Notes: a model not told the origin generated them from the letters alone. Shown: positions 22,231 through 37,377, counted from the whole stretch's first letter. The stretch is DNA of 61,652 nucleotides, filler included, from Sluysia triapertura (GCA_046118255.1; 4 parts of 4 records of this genome joined end to end with filler, not necessarily neighbours in it), one strand, 5' to 3'. Made by a program: numbers and translations.

Positions 22231-25200
22231 AAAAACAATGGCACACAAATTATCAATACCTTAAAATGCCTAAAATGTCAAATAGGAAAAAAAATCTCTG
22301 AAGTATGAAACATTCTTATGCGATATCTTTCAAAGCATTCTGGATGAGTTATTTGAAGTTTTCAATTCTGTCGATTGTATCCTGAAAATTAGGAAATTAA
22401 GATAGTATAGAATTACATTAATAACATTCTTGAAAGATATTGTGATGGAATTCAATATTTAATTAACCCGGTATGTCAGAAGCCTCAAGTATTTAAAACT
22501 GAAGCAGCAAAGAGACAAGGCATTTTAAATATTTTGAATTTTAAAGTATTTTGATTATATACGAAAATGATAAGCAACTAAATTCAGAATCAGTTACTAT
22601 TAACACTCAATCTTTGATGCCGAGTGGCACTGCGTTTCCTGAGCTTGTTATTCCTCCTAACAATATTGGTTACGCAGATTTCTTCACGATGATCTATGAG
22701 ATTTCCAACGCATTAAGTAAAATTCAAATTTTAAATTTCGAAAAAAAGTGTCAATTTTAGTTTAAAGATTATAGATTTAGAGAGAAAATAATTAGTGAAA
22801 AAAAATCAAGCCACCGAATATGATTATATGAGGAAACATGTCATCAAATGATATTATACAAGAACTTAATGACGTAGATGACGTTCTTCCGAAATTTATT
22901 ATCAAAGATTCGCACTCAAAATTATTTGTTAATAATTATAAATTTAACCGAAACGATGAGTTACTATTGAAGCTTTTAATTCCTGATAATGACTTGTTAT
23001 TTAAAATCATTTGTCAACGTTTGATAATAAGACAAAACACTTATAGATTCTAAGTTCGATCTCAGTAGACTTACTTGTCGATAGGAATATTCAAAATGCT
23101 TTGAGAATTAGAAAGTCTTTATTCACTCTGAACAGTTGTTAGAACCTACTATGGAATAATTTATTAAAGGATCCTTTCCAAATTTATATCTCTGATGTAC
23201 ACAAAAGTTCTCGCTAGTAATCAAAGCTTTACTACTATAATTCCCTATCAATTATATCAATTTGTTTATTGTCCTCAGTATTCGGATGTTTCCCAATATC
23301 TATATCACCCTCCCGAAGGTATATTCGCAAATGGAAGCTTCTCTTGTTATGATGGAAATGAAACGACGATGAGAAAGGCTGATTAATCAGATCTAAAGTA
23401 CGAGGATGCAGTTATGGTCCAAATAAATTGCAGTTTAGGATATTATAGTTTAGCTAATAAACATTCTTGGCGTCATTTTTCTCATTTTTGTCACTGTGAA
23501 ATAAATAATGAGGCAGGACACATTAAAATTTTCTTTTTATTTTATTTTATTGTAATTTTATAAAGTTTTTTTATTATCGTAATTTTATAATTTCATGCAT
23601 ATTTTTTAATTCTTTTTGGTTTTTTATTCGTAAAAGTGATATATAAATGAATTTGAGCTATCTGAACTAGTTAAACCCAATGATAATAATAATAATAATA
23701 TATCAAGTCTTATTAATTTATTCCTTTCTGATAATGTTAAACTTGAAGACTGCCAAATTCTATTCCTTCATATAAAACTTTCAACTTGTGCTTAAGATTA
23801 AAACTAATAACTTTATTTATAATATTTCAATCGTTTACTTTATAATTAAGAATTACTTCTAAGTTTATCCTCTATAATTTTTTACTGACTGAGCTTTAAA
23901 ATCTTAATTAAAAACAAAGTAAGTTTAATCAGTCTCTTCCTTAACTAAAATTAAATTCTCTTTGTAACTTTAGCTTAAATGTGCTACTTTTCGTTTAATT
24001 TACTTAATCTCCTTAATGTAGTTTGAAGAATGAGTTCAATATTCGTTTCTAATTTAAAATTCTATAACTATTCTAAATCTTAAAAGTTTCACTTTTCAAA
24101 CCTTTACCAGTAGAGTATAAAATTTAAACAATATTTGTATATTTATAGAGTATGAATTTGTAATATATTTTTATTTCTAATTTGTAAAAATATAATTTTA
24201 GCAAATAATAAAAATGTTCAAATATTTTTAAAATAAATCTAATCATTAATTATAAATGTACAATTATTTTATTTATGTGGATGCGAATTAACAATAAATA
24301 ATAAATTCTTATCTCTGACATTTTTATATTTCTGCCAAATTATTATAATCAACTTTTAACATTTTGATTATTTGTTTACCTAATAAAACAATTTTTATCT
24401 TTAAAATATATTTTGATAATTTTTATTTTGACAATTCGTTTAATAAAATTATTTTATCATAAACATAAAAATAAACATAAAATAATAATAATAATAATAA
24501 TTCTGTGATATAAAAAGAAAGGTTTGTTCCAAAATCACACACATTTACGGAGATTTTCAAAATCTTAACTTCTATAGTTGTATCGGCTGATTAATTTGTT
24601 ATATTCTTTTGGGAATTTCGGTTTGATCGATTAAAACATTGATTTGTGGTCTACTCCGACAGTTCGACATCCACGGACATTTGTATCAAATTGCCGATTT
24701 ATTGTAAATTTTTACGTAAGTTTTTTTTGTACCTAAGTGTTCATATCTATTATGTTAGATTTAAAATCCACTTAAAATATCTTATAATTTGTGATGCTCA
24801 AGAATTAATCCTGAGTTAAAATAATTTATTAAAATTACAATTTAAATTTGAACATCTTAATTGTTGTTTGTATATCTATGTATGTTAAAAGTTTGTATTT
24901 TATTTATTACTCAATTTGTATTTAACAAAACTTATTTAATTTGAATTAATTGAATAAATTATATAACGTAAGAAGAAAAGTTAAATGTTGCAAGTTCTTC
25001 AATAATATTGAATTAATCGTCAAGTTTTTAAGAATAGTAACGTAAGTCATAATTAAATTAATAACATTAGCTAAGAAATAAATTCGATTAAGATAAGTTT
25101 TGCAATTGAAACTTTGTACATATCTTTGTAAGTAGAATATTTTACGCATAGTATCTTAATATTTAAGAAATCTTGGAGTAACGTCTTCTACGAATTTAAC

Positions 25201-27299
25201 TCCAAGCGAACCCGTTGATTAAAATCTATATTTGCTTTGGTATTTTTTAAATAGATATAAAATACCAGCATACCAATAAACTAAAAGAATTTATACTATG
25301 TCGAATTGTTGTACGTTGAGTTCTTTTAGTTGTATGTGCACTAATTATTTAATATTTAATATTAATTATTTAATATTAATTCCAATAATGTTTATCTTTA
25401 ATGTCGTGAGTCTTATACTCGTCTAAGCTGTTCGAGATGGAAATGCATAATAGACAATGTTCATTTATTGCTTAAAAATTTCACTTGGGTTAAATTTTAT
25501 TCTATTGGAATTATATTTAATTATATTGGAACTATCTCAAAATTTGATAAAACTTTGCTTTGATTTACAAAAAACTTCGGTTTATTTTCAACACTGCATC
25601 TCGTTTCATAAAGACTATTTTATTTCTCAAGGAACTTTGTCTTTAGGTTATTTCACAACGTGACAATCTGATAACTTTATTTTACTTTAAAACTATTTTC
25701 AATAATATAAATTCTACGTAATTTTCAACTCTAATTTCAAGCCCTTTTAACTTGCAAGAAAACAAATAGAATTAAACCAACAGTAATTTTATTTATTTAT
25801 TTATGGAACAAAATTAAAGATGAAATTTAAAAATGTAATTAAACTTTTATTCAATAGTTTGGGAATTTTTTATTCGGACTAAAAATCAACAATTTGTGCT
25901 GCAATAAATATTTAAGACTGTCTCAAACAGTTGCAATTACATATGATAAATTCGTCGACAAAATTTATTCAGTAATGAGTTCGATAAAATAACTTCGCCT
26001 AACAAAATTAATTTATTCAGTAGGATAGATTCGTTCAATAAAATACCTCGCTCAATATTACTTCGATCAATAATCGTGTGTCAGATTGTTAATCAACAAT
26101 GATATTTATATAGTTCAACTAAATTTTTGTCAATAATTTAAGGCATTAAATTACGGCACACATAATAAATCACAACATAATAATAATTTCTAATATATTT
26201 GTAAAAATTCAAAGGTTTGTGTTTAAACAAAATATTACTTTCTATTAGTTGTTTCGTTAAAACTTATAACTTATTTTCTATAGCTAGAAAATAATGTATG
26301 ATTTGAAGTTATCAAGATTCAAAAGGTTAAATTAATTTTGATGTAAACTTCTTCGATAATATCTATACTCTGTATCAATATATTAATTCTAATTTATCTG
26401 AAAGTCTAATCTATTAATGTAAACTTATATACTCTGATTTATTTTACAAGTAATACCCATACTCTCTATATTAAATCTACCTTATCCGGAGATACGAATT
26501 CTGATACTCGTCCGGTTATTCGAGATGGAATTGCTAAATAATCGATTAATTATTGAATTAAACTCTTGTCATTCGACTATGTCTCGATCTATTTCATATG
26601 ATTATACTTCAAGATACTTTATTTTACTCTAAACTTTGTTTTGAGTTGTAATAATTCTATTAAGAGGAAATTTTTATTTTATGTTCTTATAGTCCTATTA
26701 TCAATCACGCACAGAAGAAAACGAAATAAAACGAGAATTATTTTATTTGGATTCAGATAAAATAACGAATGCAGTATAATTTAATTATAACACAAAATAA
26801 TTTAATCATAAATATGTGATTAAAATAATTATCTTTACTTTATTTTGGATGAAAGTTTTATATAAAACAGTTCTTACTTATATCATCAAATTAGTCAGCC
26901 TCTATTTAGAATTCGATTCAGTAGTTCGTAACGTTTATCAAAGTTCGATATCACCACAAGAGTAATTTTCGACCAAAAATAAAATAAAATATATAATTCC
27001 AAAATTGAAATTGAATGTATTACAAATTAATATGCGATGTATTATTTAACAAATTAATATACGGTGTATTTAATTTACGATATAATTCCAAAATTATTTA
27101 TAAATACAAATGATGCTAATTATTTATGTACAAATGTATAATGTATTAAAATTATTTTCAGTTACAATATAAATTATTATTGTATAATAACTTTGATTAA
27201 TTTTAATTTTATGGAATTTTAACTTTATTCTATTTGATTAATGTAAGAATTTTTATTAATTTTAACAATAATATATTAATTTATATTGCGCTCATATCT

Positions 27300-27480
27300 A
27301 CTGCGAAAGCACTCACCATAATATTTCTGAAACAAAAGGAACTTTGCTTTTTCTTAAATATTTCTTAATCTTCCAGCAATTTGATATTCTCTGGTAACTG
27401 GTTGTATATTTTTGAGACATAAACAGTATACAACCTATCACCTAACTTGTTATCTAAAAATCCATTTTTATGTACTTATA
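27300..27480 (-). mobile_element. Non-LTR retrotransposon 3'-end relic
   Basis: Minus strand YNQLPENIKLLE..FKKK...QKYY resembles the N.LP..IK....FK..LK tail of LINE ORF2. Confidence 0.4.
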
Positions 27481-28129
27481 CTAAAGGAAAAAAAACTCTT
27501 TGTTACATTTAAAACGACTTTAAATATATAAATATAACTATGGGAACCAAAACCTAGAAAAATCTTTTTAAACATTTTTAACTTAGTTGTTTAAATTCTA
27601 ACGTATTTTATAATATAAAGTTTTCAAAAACCAAACAGCTTATTTATTAAATTTCGATAAATTTCTATTTTTATCTTTGTGACGAATTTTTAAAAAGAAT
27701 AAATATAAACATACTGATATAATATTCAGAGGAAGAAAAAGTTATTCACTAATAATGAGAGAATTTCTTGATGAAACTTTTCCTCAAGGATAATTGGGTA
27801 AATAAGCACAATATACAATCCATTAATTCAAAGATGTTACAATGGAAAAAGCAAGAAAAAACAAATTGTAAAACATAAATATTAATGGTCATTCAATTTT
27901 AAAATATAAACTTTTTGAAGACATTCTATTACTGAGTTCATTTAAAGAAGAATGTAGAAAATATTGTAAAACAATAATGTATCAAAAAATCTGTACCAAA
28001 TGGACAAATTTAATTAAAAAAAACATATTAAATGAGGTCAGAAATTTAGGCATACCGGCAAGAAATAAATTAGCTAACATAACAAAAAAACATACAAATA
28101 AATTAAATTAATTTATTAATTAATCATTA

Positions 28130-28687
28130 TGGTAAGGTTGCTCAAGTGGTACCCCTTAAGAAAAGAACTGTATAAAACTTAGGATTTATCAAATAAATAG
28201 AAATTAAATGTGTTACTCAACACATTGTTAATATTGGTTTTATGTATTATAACTAAATTAGAAAAATCTATATGCTTTCATGTAATGAAACTAATTCTTA
28301 AAAACTTACTTCGGTACAACTAAGTCAATTTGTTTCTTATGTCGTACCACCTATTTCAAATTAAAATTTCAAACTAAACATCACTTAATATTGAATAAAA
28401 GTAATAGGATTTCGTTTCGACCAAATGATTAGGTAATTTCTACTGAACTTATGTTTAATATGAAACATAATTTTATCAATAATTTACTTGCAAGATTAAC
28501 TACCATACATAGCTAGAAAATTATAAGAAAATTCAAATAAACTTACTCAATGGGAAAATTTACAACGTAGCTTGCTTACGTTAAATAGTAATATGTCACA
28601 CAACTTAGCTCACTCAGATGTATATTTAATTGCCCACGTATATGCTGTTGTCAAAATGCATGTGGTACGACTTGAGCAACCTTACCC
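28130..28687. mobile_element. MITE with ~24-bp TIRs and TA flanks
   Basis: TGGTAAGGTTGCTCAAGTGGTACC at the left end; GGTACGACTTGAGCAACCTTACCC at the right end (2 mismatches); TA on both sides; non-coding. Confidence 0.85.
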
Positions 28688-30289
28688 TAAATGTCATCAT
28701 GATTACAATGTATGTTATTTGGAAGTATGTATGTTTATTTGAAATATTGAAATAAAACAATAACCGATTGTGAATTTATGAAATATGATGAAATTTATTT
28801 ATATGAATTTCAAGAAAAGGGCATTCTGAATACATTATATAGTTACGATTTGTTACTTCTATTTTTTTGAATTCATAATTGTTGACTTATTTTATTGTTA
28901 AATCAATATGCTCACTAAATTATACATATATAGATTTTTCAGGCTTTATTTAGTTTATTTAGGCTTTTATTTAGTTTAGAACAATTAAATTAAAAATAAA
29001 ATTAACAATAAAATTAAAATAAGAATTAACAATAAAATCTAATACAGTTATCTTGAAAATCGAAACAAATTTCAGTAAGCTGAAACCCATGAAATTTAAA
29101 AATCAATAGGTTTTCAAAAGTCAAATTTATAAGCATTTCTCAAATCTTTAATAATCAATAATGATATTTAAATTACAAATTACAAAAATAATATTAAACA
29201 ACAATATTCAAAACTAAGATGTGAAGAATAAGTTTTAAGCCGATTAAATGTTGGGTCTTATACTGAAATGTCAAAAAAATATTCTTAATAATAATAACAC
29301 TAATGATAGAAATCCCAAAAATATTTATTACAATGATAAGTCTTTTTCTAATAGTATAGGTCAATAATAAAGTCGAAAGCAACACTTTATATAATTTAAA
29401 CAATCTACAAAATAACAATTTTCTGAAAAATGAAATTATTAATAATTACCAAACACAAATTAAAATCTATAATAATCATAAATATCAATCCTAATCTAAT
29501 TATAACACAGGAATAAACTCTCTAAAAATATCAATTTAACTTGATACAAACCTACTTCATAAGGGGTATCACTTATCCAAATTAAATAAACAGAAATCCC
29601 CTAAAACAACAAAATTGTCTACAAAATATGAGAGAGTGAATCCCCCAAATATATTGAAAAATATTGAAGAAAAAAGAAAATGTTAGGACAAAATTTACCT
29701 TATTAAAATTAATATTTATTTACAAATAAAATTTTATTTTAAGTAGCTCAATAATAAAATTTAAGTCACTATGACAAAATATTCCTTAACAATATCTATT
29801 TAAAATGAAAATTTACTTTAATCGGATCAACAATTACAAAATATTCCTTATTAAATCAATAATTAAAATTTATTTTAAATAGGTCAATTAAATATTCTTA
29901 ATTAAAATCAATATTTATTTATTTAAAAAAATATTAAAATAAAATGTTACCAAAAGCATGGGCCTTCTTTTCGAGATCAGATGTGAATGATGTTTCCTTT
30001 TTACGCGTGTGAGTAAAAATGCCTAGTGATCTAATTTATACTTTTATGTCATCTAATCATTTCTACATTCGCAATCAGGTATTACTGTTATACAAATCAT
30101 CAAAACCTCTTAAAAATTAAGCCGACTAAAACGAATTTGACCTGTCAAGCAAAACAAAATAATTCGATTAACAATCAACTCTCATTTTTTTCTTCTACTC
30201 TACTTGATCTACTTTTTCATGAATCACTTCTTACATTAAAATAACAATTATTATTATTATTGACATACTTAAAACTAATGAATTTAACT

Positions 30290-30389
30290 NNNNNNNNNNN
30301 NNNNNNNNNNNNNNNNNNNNNNNNNNNNNNNNNTTAATTAATTAANNNNNNNNNNNNNNNNNNNNNNNNNNNNNNNNNNNNNNNNNNNN
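30290..30389. other. Assembly spacer
   Basis: N44-TTAATTAATTAA-N44. Confidence 0.97.
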
Positions 30390-31729
30390 AGAGAGCATAA
30401 TAAAATTAAATTCAGTATACTAACTATTGAAACTAGTAAGATTTTAACTAAATAAGACTTTAATAGCGAATTTGATATTTGATAAGCTTTAAAGACGCAA
30501 CATTATTGAAGGAAAAATAATAAAGATGAAAACATCTGTAATCATTTTAGACATTAAATATTACCTCAGAGATTCAAAAAGCTTTTGTAGTATTTTGAGA
30601 TTCATGAAGAAACTTTCTTATTGTAAAATAGTTTTAAATATTAAATAACCACTGAACTTGTAAACCTTAAGACCATTTAAATTCTTGTAAACTTTTAAGC
30701 AATTAAGAATCGCTGTAGTTTTGATAATAAGTTTTAAATAATATTGTAAAATATTTGTGCAATAAAATTATTCTTACATTATATTGGTTTACTCGCGAGT
30801 GAGTAGCTTTTCTATTCTGATGGATCGAGTGTTATCTGTAGGTTAGAGTGATTATTATATTAAATTTGGGTTTGGTGTTAATTAACTGGAAAATGATTTT
30901 TAGTTTTTGATTTATACGAGGTCTGCTGTATTTACACATGCATGGAGCTTAATTACTGGATGAGATTGAGTATTAATTTGTATTTGGTGTTAATAAATTG
31001 GATATAGATTTTTAAGAAGGCCAATAATATTATTTCTAAACCACATAAACACCCCATAATTCACAAAATATATAAGAAATTCTCTCATCTTAATCAATTC
31101 ATCAAATTCACATTTTAATTACATGTTCCTAAATCGTTAAGTATTTCTTTCTACACTCTGTGTAGAAAACCTTGCACAATTTATATATGTAAGCACATCG
31201 CTTTTAAAACATTCTAATATAAAGTTTATATTATGCATATAATCATAATCATAATAAAGTTGCTAAATTAACGACCTAATCCAGGCCTTAATATAATTAT
31301 CAATATTGTTACCATTGAAAAATTAATATAATAAAACCTAGGCTGCCAATTCATATTTCATTGGAACAAACACTGTATCTACTATATCTAGTTGATTATT
31401 GTTATTTTATTTGATGTTTTCATATTGTCGGCATATTGATTAAATATTAATATAAAATGTAGGTTAATGATTTCAAGTTAAAATCATTTTCAAAATGTTT
31501 TTGCTATTGAGTATATAAAATTGTTTCATATTGAAAGTTTATGCAGTCCCATTCTAATAACGGTGACACAGTTAATGAATTAGAGTTTTATAATACAAAT
31601 GTTCTAGATGAAAACATAAAATTTACAACAACTTAATTGGAAAGTTTTAACAATTGAGTTAAATAAATTTAATAATTTTAGAAAAGAAATAAAAATTACT
31701 GGTAAAATTTATTTATCTTACTTGGTCGA

Positions 31730-33230
31730 GTGAGATAAAATACGAAATCGAAGCATCTGAGAGTTTGCTTAAGAAGAAGTAGTGAAATATTTTTAATAGT
31801 CGATAATTTCTTTTCTGAGTCTTAAGATATCAAATGATAATATGCGACCAATATTAGATCAAACAAATATTCATATGTAATAAATGACATTTCATTTTCT
31901 CCAGGAAAGATATGCGGAACATATATGAATTCGCCTAGTGACGGATTCATTGTTCATTGACGCAGTAGTGTGTAATAATGAGTCAAAGAATGAAAAAGAT
32001 CAACACAGGAATTTCTTAAAGAAGTAAAATCCGACTTAGTGAATGAGGGGAAGAAAAAACTTCTTTAGCATATGATTCTTAGAATAATCACAAAAGTTGT
32101 GAACAAAATTTTGTGTCATCATTGTTTATTTCAGATATTAGTCTCCTTAGAAATTTAATAAAATTTAATAAATCCACTTATTAATAGCAGTTTTAGTTTT
32201 AATTTTAATTTTATATATTTTATTATTTGCGCTGATAAAATTCGAAATAGGTTGTATTTTATTAATTATATTATCGAAATTCAAAATGGCTTTATACAGT
32301 TTATTAATTATGTCGTTACAATTAAAAATATCATATACATGAAATTTAACTTTATAAAAATAACAAAAAGAATTTTTATTAAGTATAAACAATTGAAATG
32401 AAAGCAAAATACAACCTTGTTCACATGTCACTTTTGGAGGACAACCTCCTTTTAATAAACGTGGTTCAAGTGAACATATAGCATCAATAACTTTTTGAAT
32501 TAATTCAGTGTTACTGTTATGCCAACTAAAAATTTTTATTAAACTCGCATTTTTCTTATTTTCCCAAACTTCTTTTTGAACACTGTCAGACATGGCTAAT
32601 TTCGAAGCGTCCTCTATTCTAATTCTTTTTTAACTCTGAACACGGTAAATTTGCAATCATTTTAATATTTATTGTACAAACATGAAATTATTTTCTATGA
32701 ATTTCTATATAATTGATCAACAGTTACAGGACGCTCGGAGTTAATTTTTTAACACAATTCACCTTCTTTCATTTTATGGTATCTTTTATTTAAGCTAGCT
32801 TTTATTTCTTCAGCCATCTATTTCTAGGACCATCAATTATTTTATCGTTTTAAGTAATAGCATCTATATATTTTTGATCTCCTTTGAACCTCTTTATCAA
32901 AATCATAAAATCGAAATATATATCTCGCCCGCAACTTTCCACTTTGGCTATCATGCGAACTTTCGACACCCACACGAGCTACACAAATTGAAAACTGTTG
33001 ATACGATAACCACGAATCATCGGGATCACGTAAGAAACATTTAAGATATTGTTCACCATTATCATCGATTTTCTGTAGATTTTTCATAAATCTATGAAAC
33101 TCTGAATAAGCCATCTTACAAGATGGATACGAATATTCCATAAACACTTCATAAGTATTTTTTATAATTTTTTCTAAGTTAACTTCACCAAATACGCAAT
33201 TAATCAATTGCGAAGATATTAACTTCTAAA
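31730..33230 (-). pseudogene. EF-hand protein pseudogene, probably from an EF-hand/PPP Ser/Thr phosphatase family
   Basis: YEVFMEYSYPSCKM...EFHRFM, LSYQQF, H....GKLRARYIFRFYDFDK (EF-hand entry), later ICSLEPRLL (resembles the segment preceding PPP GDxHG). No catalytic motifs seen; many stops. Confidence 0.5.
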
Positions 33231-35450
33231 AACTTATAATGATTTTTATTGTGTTATGGGTTTGGAGGTATATACTATTTGCGGTAATTCCATAAAATAA
33301 TTTTAAATTATCACCGTCTTTGTACTAGTGATACTTGTACAATAGAACGAAATAAAACAATAATAAACAATAGAACAAACTGCACGAAGTAAATTTTGAT
33401 ATTAATTAATATTAATAAAGTGCTAAAATAATTAAAAATAATAATAGCACAATATGTCCAGATTAAAAACGCAATAAGGATATACATATTATAATGGCAC
33501 AAATGTAGGAGGATACAAATATTTGAATAAAATAAGTGTAGATAAAGTTATCGTACAATAGATATAGGAAATCATAAATGGTTTACAAAGACAAAAGTTA
33601 TAAAAATAAATCAACAAGTTTGTATGCTAACAGTTTAATTCTATATAATCCATTAACACAATTAACATCTAGAAATCCATTTTCGTATATTAATATATTT
33701 TTAAGACTATCATCATAAATACTTGAAAGTAATGAGTACATTGTAGATATTGATGAAGTAATTAAAACAGAAACTAACTTAGGTTCATTAAGCTCAAATC
33801 TATCATCACCATTAGTAACAAATTATTTTTAAAATACAAAACCTGTAGCACGTAAATCTAACATACAGCACTTAAGACAATTACATAAATAACACAAGAA
33901 CAATGTTATAAGCGAAATCAAGAAGACAAGAAAAATATAGATTAACAAAAGCAGGGCTTGCACTTGACAAACACAAAGACGTATATGATTTAAGTCAAAT
34001 ACTATAATGTATGCTTTTATTTAAGTATAACTAATTATTTTTAAATGTTTCACTAAACTAAGGAAAATGTCTTTAACCACAATGATGACTATGTACTTTT
34101 TCAACATTATGTAAAGTTCAAACGTTTCGGATGAAAATTTATTATTGCATGTATTAGTTGTATCAATTTGGAAAATATGTCAAAGACATTTTTTAATTAG
34201 TGATAAAAATGAAAATGTTATGCATTAAATAGAAACTAGAGTACCATATTAACATCATGTTTATAACGTGAAGCCACATTAGCATAAATAGAGAAAAGAT
34301 TTTATTAATTTTTATTTAATCATGCAAAGGGTATCTCTATGCACTGCTTTTGAATTAATCTTGGAGTGCAAGCATTTGGAATGTCGGGAAATAAGAAGAA
34401 AGTTGTCAAAAAATAGTTTTGTTTGAAGATTAAAAACTGCTTAGTACTTACTAGCTTAGACGCAAAATTCTTTTAACTTAATGAAATCTGGAGGTATTAA
34501 AATTGCTATATGGTTATAATGAGATTTTGCGGAAATCCTATGAAAAGGATTTAAATCATTTAATTCTACGAGATCACAATGAAATTCTGATAAAACTTTA
34601 ATGCACGGGCGATTTTATGATTTTGAAACTATAGAAGTTGATTAATATAAAAAATAAAACTTCTTTTTTAAATAATTATGTATCAATTTAATAAATATTA
34701 ATTAAAGCAATTCCATAATTATAAAGAGACCTTAACTTTATTCGAGTTAATTTTTTGTAACAGGGAAGTTTAAATACATTTTCAGTAAAAACCGTTAAAA
34801 TGTTTCCAATATCTTTTAAGTATATTTTAAGTATATTTAAGTATATTTTTCGTAGGATACTTATTAGTATCGAAGTCTTATAAAATAAATTAACGTATTT
34901 TAAATTATTCAAAACAGAAAAATCCTTTCTATGGATAGCCTCTTGGAAGAAGGTAATAGATTTTGATCGGTAAAATGCGTCCTTGCACTTGATACAAATA
35001 TTTATAAAAACTCTATTTCAAATATTGTCGTAGTTAATTTTGTGAATGAGTAAATTTTTTGTATACATTTATATATTTTTACATTGGCCTTGGCCTTAAT
35101 CCATTAAAACAAAATAACAAAATGATGTTTTATTACAGAATGATATTTTATACTATTAATATTTTATTACAGATATTTATATTATTTAATATAAAGTAAT
35201 ATTTTATAAATTAATAATTACTTACGTTAGTTTATTAAAATATTATATTTAATCCAAATATTTAAATTAAATCCAATAAATGATTAAGTAACAATTATTA
35301 ATAAATCAATATATATGTTCATCACAAATTGTGTGTATCTAAAAATCAATCATAATTAATCAATTGTTTACATTCTTCATAATCAATCTTATAATCATCA
35401 ATTTTATATTTACATTCTACTCTTCTGATCAATAGAATTGGTCTCCAATT

Positions 35451-36793
35451 TTAAAAGGTTAAATCGATGACGTCGGAACAATCAAAAAATTCGTCATCAT
35501 CCAGTATTGAGGCAGGGTGTCCAAAGTCCTCATCCAGATCAATATCCACAGCCTCAACGTCGCTGATGTCATCTAGGTCGACGTTTAGATATGTTGATAG
35601 TTTCTTTTGAATCAATATCGGTGACGTCGCTCTTCTTTTTCGGATATTGTTATTTATGTTTTGATCTGTATGTTTTGGGTTAAAGTGTAATGCAGTTCAG
35701 GTTTATCAAATTTAAAAATATTACATTTATTATTTATGCAGCATGTGGATTTTTTAAGTTCATGTAAAGAAGAAGAAGAAAAATAAAAATGAATAAGTTT
35801 TTTATTATTATCAGACATGATTTTATCAGCATTAATTATGACCTTCTGTGGTAAAAATGACTCGTCTCCTTTGCATAAAATGTCAAAAATAGTTAGTGAA
35901 TCTTTAGCATGTTTATTACAGGTGAAATACGTAGGAGGAAAAGAATTTAATAATTGTAATACTCTCCTAGCTTTATTGATAGGATTCAGTGACAGATGAG
36001 AAATAAGATTGGTGCAGGTCAAGTTGATCACACCTCGCAGTCAACCATACGGAATCCTAAAAGTCTTAATAATTAAGTCTGGATAGAAAGACACCAGAAC
36101 TTTATTATACAAGGAAGCAAGACAAAAATTTCTTATATCATCAATATCTTATATCAATTTCTTATATCATCGATAGTTGGAAAGTTTTTAATCCTAATTC
36201 TTGGTCTAATTGCTTCAGTTGAATGGAAAGATTGATGGTAATGCATCAAGCAGATTCTTAAATTCCTTAAAGTCCAAAATAAATTGTGCTGCTATAAAGG
36301 TTAAATTAGATTTTTCCCATTTATACAAAGAACCTACATCAGAAATATATAGAAGTGGACGTTTCTTTATGTCCAAGTGACTTTCTTCTTGTGCAAAAAG
36401 AACAGCAAAAGTCGAGTATCAATATAAACTCTACTTTTACTCGAAGCGTTTGTTATATAGATCGAAGAAAAGCTTTGTAAACGTATTTGCAATGGATTGA
36501 AATCTATATACATAGTGATTCTGATATTCTGATATTAATAGTCACTGCTATTAATATTGATCTATTGTCAGTGGGGTATCCATGGAGAGTGTTTATCACC
36601 AGTGGTGCTTCTAAAGTTCTTACAAGAAAAAGATGAGTGATGAAAGACTCATCGATCTCACACTTTAGAATATTTGGCGTTAAAATTGGCGTTAAAATTA
36701 TCAAAATACTGTGTGACTTTGGCCACAGTATCGGTCTATACCGTTATAAAATGCTGTTATGTTGTTAATGAGTTTTGCGTGCGGTTGCGTCAT
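35451..36793 (-). pseudogene. ORF-X copy 1: ~450-codon intronless unknown gene with acidic C-terminus, decayed
   Basis: ATG at 36793 to TAA at 35451 through several frameshifts and stops; protein-level homology to 53100-54135. Confidence 0.6.
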
Positions 36794-36959
36794 ATTATGA
36801 ATAAAATAGTACATTTTAAAAAGAATAAAAGAGTACATAAAAATATACAAAATAATTTAATCGTTAGTTTATTTTTGTACTATTTTTAATATATTTAATT
36901 ATAATAACCTATGTGTTTTTGGAATAAAAACTTTTATATGACTTTTCCAAGAAAAGGAT

Positions 36960-37377
36960 TTGTTATTTTGTTCTTTTTATACAGTCCTGCCTTTTATAGA
37001 GACGTCTTATTTGTCTGCGACGTCTACTATTCTTCTGTGATTTTGACAACCAAGGAGGATAATTAGGAGGTGGAATGTTTATCGAATGTCTGCTTTTTTC
37101 CTTAATGTATTATGGTTGTGTAATTACCACCTCTTGGATTTCAATGCGTTGATTAGGAAGATATGGTGGAATCTTTTCCAAAGCATATGAATGTTGCAAT
37201 TTGCCCTTATTAAAAATATAAATTTCTTCTGCACAATGGGCAGTTCATATATTCTGTAATAGTAAAGTGAAAAAGATTAATTATGCATTTAAAATGGAAT
37301 TTATATGAGCAAGTATGTGTTTTTATATAATGTTTATGTATGGAACGTTGACAGGTGGAGCACCGATTGAAATACAT
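36960..37377 (-). pseudogene. RING-H2 finger gene copy 1 (55-aa ORF 37210-37377, frameshifted basic tail)
   Basis: MYFNRCSTCQ...TCSYKFHFKCI...NCPLCRR; one His ligand replaced by Tyr; the tail in another frame is Pro- then Arg-rich. Not in the supplied ORF track. Confidence 0.75.

Noticed and set aside
22551-23520. Plus-strand ORF fragments with a Cys-containing end
   Set aside because: Interrupted and not assignable to a family.
27720-28080. REFLDETFPQ, a mariner-like motif
   Set aside because: Single short motif with no DDD context.
33500-35000. Possible Gypsy pol relic upstream of ORF-X (KPVARKS, YDLSQ)
   Set aside because: No YxDD, RNase H or integrase motif recoverable; the matches are too short.
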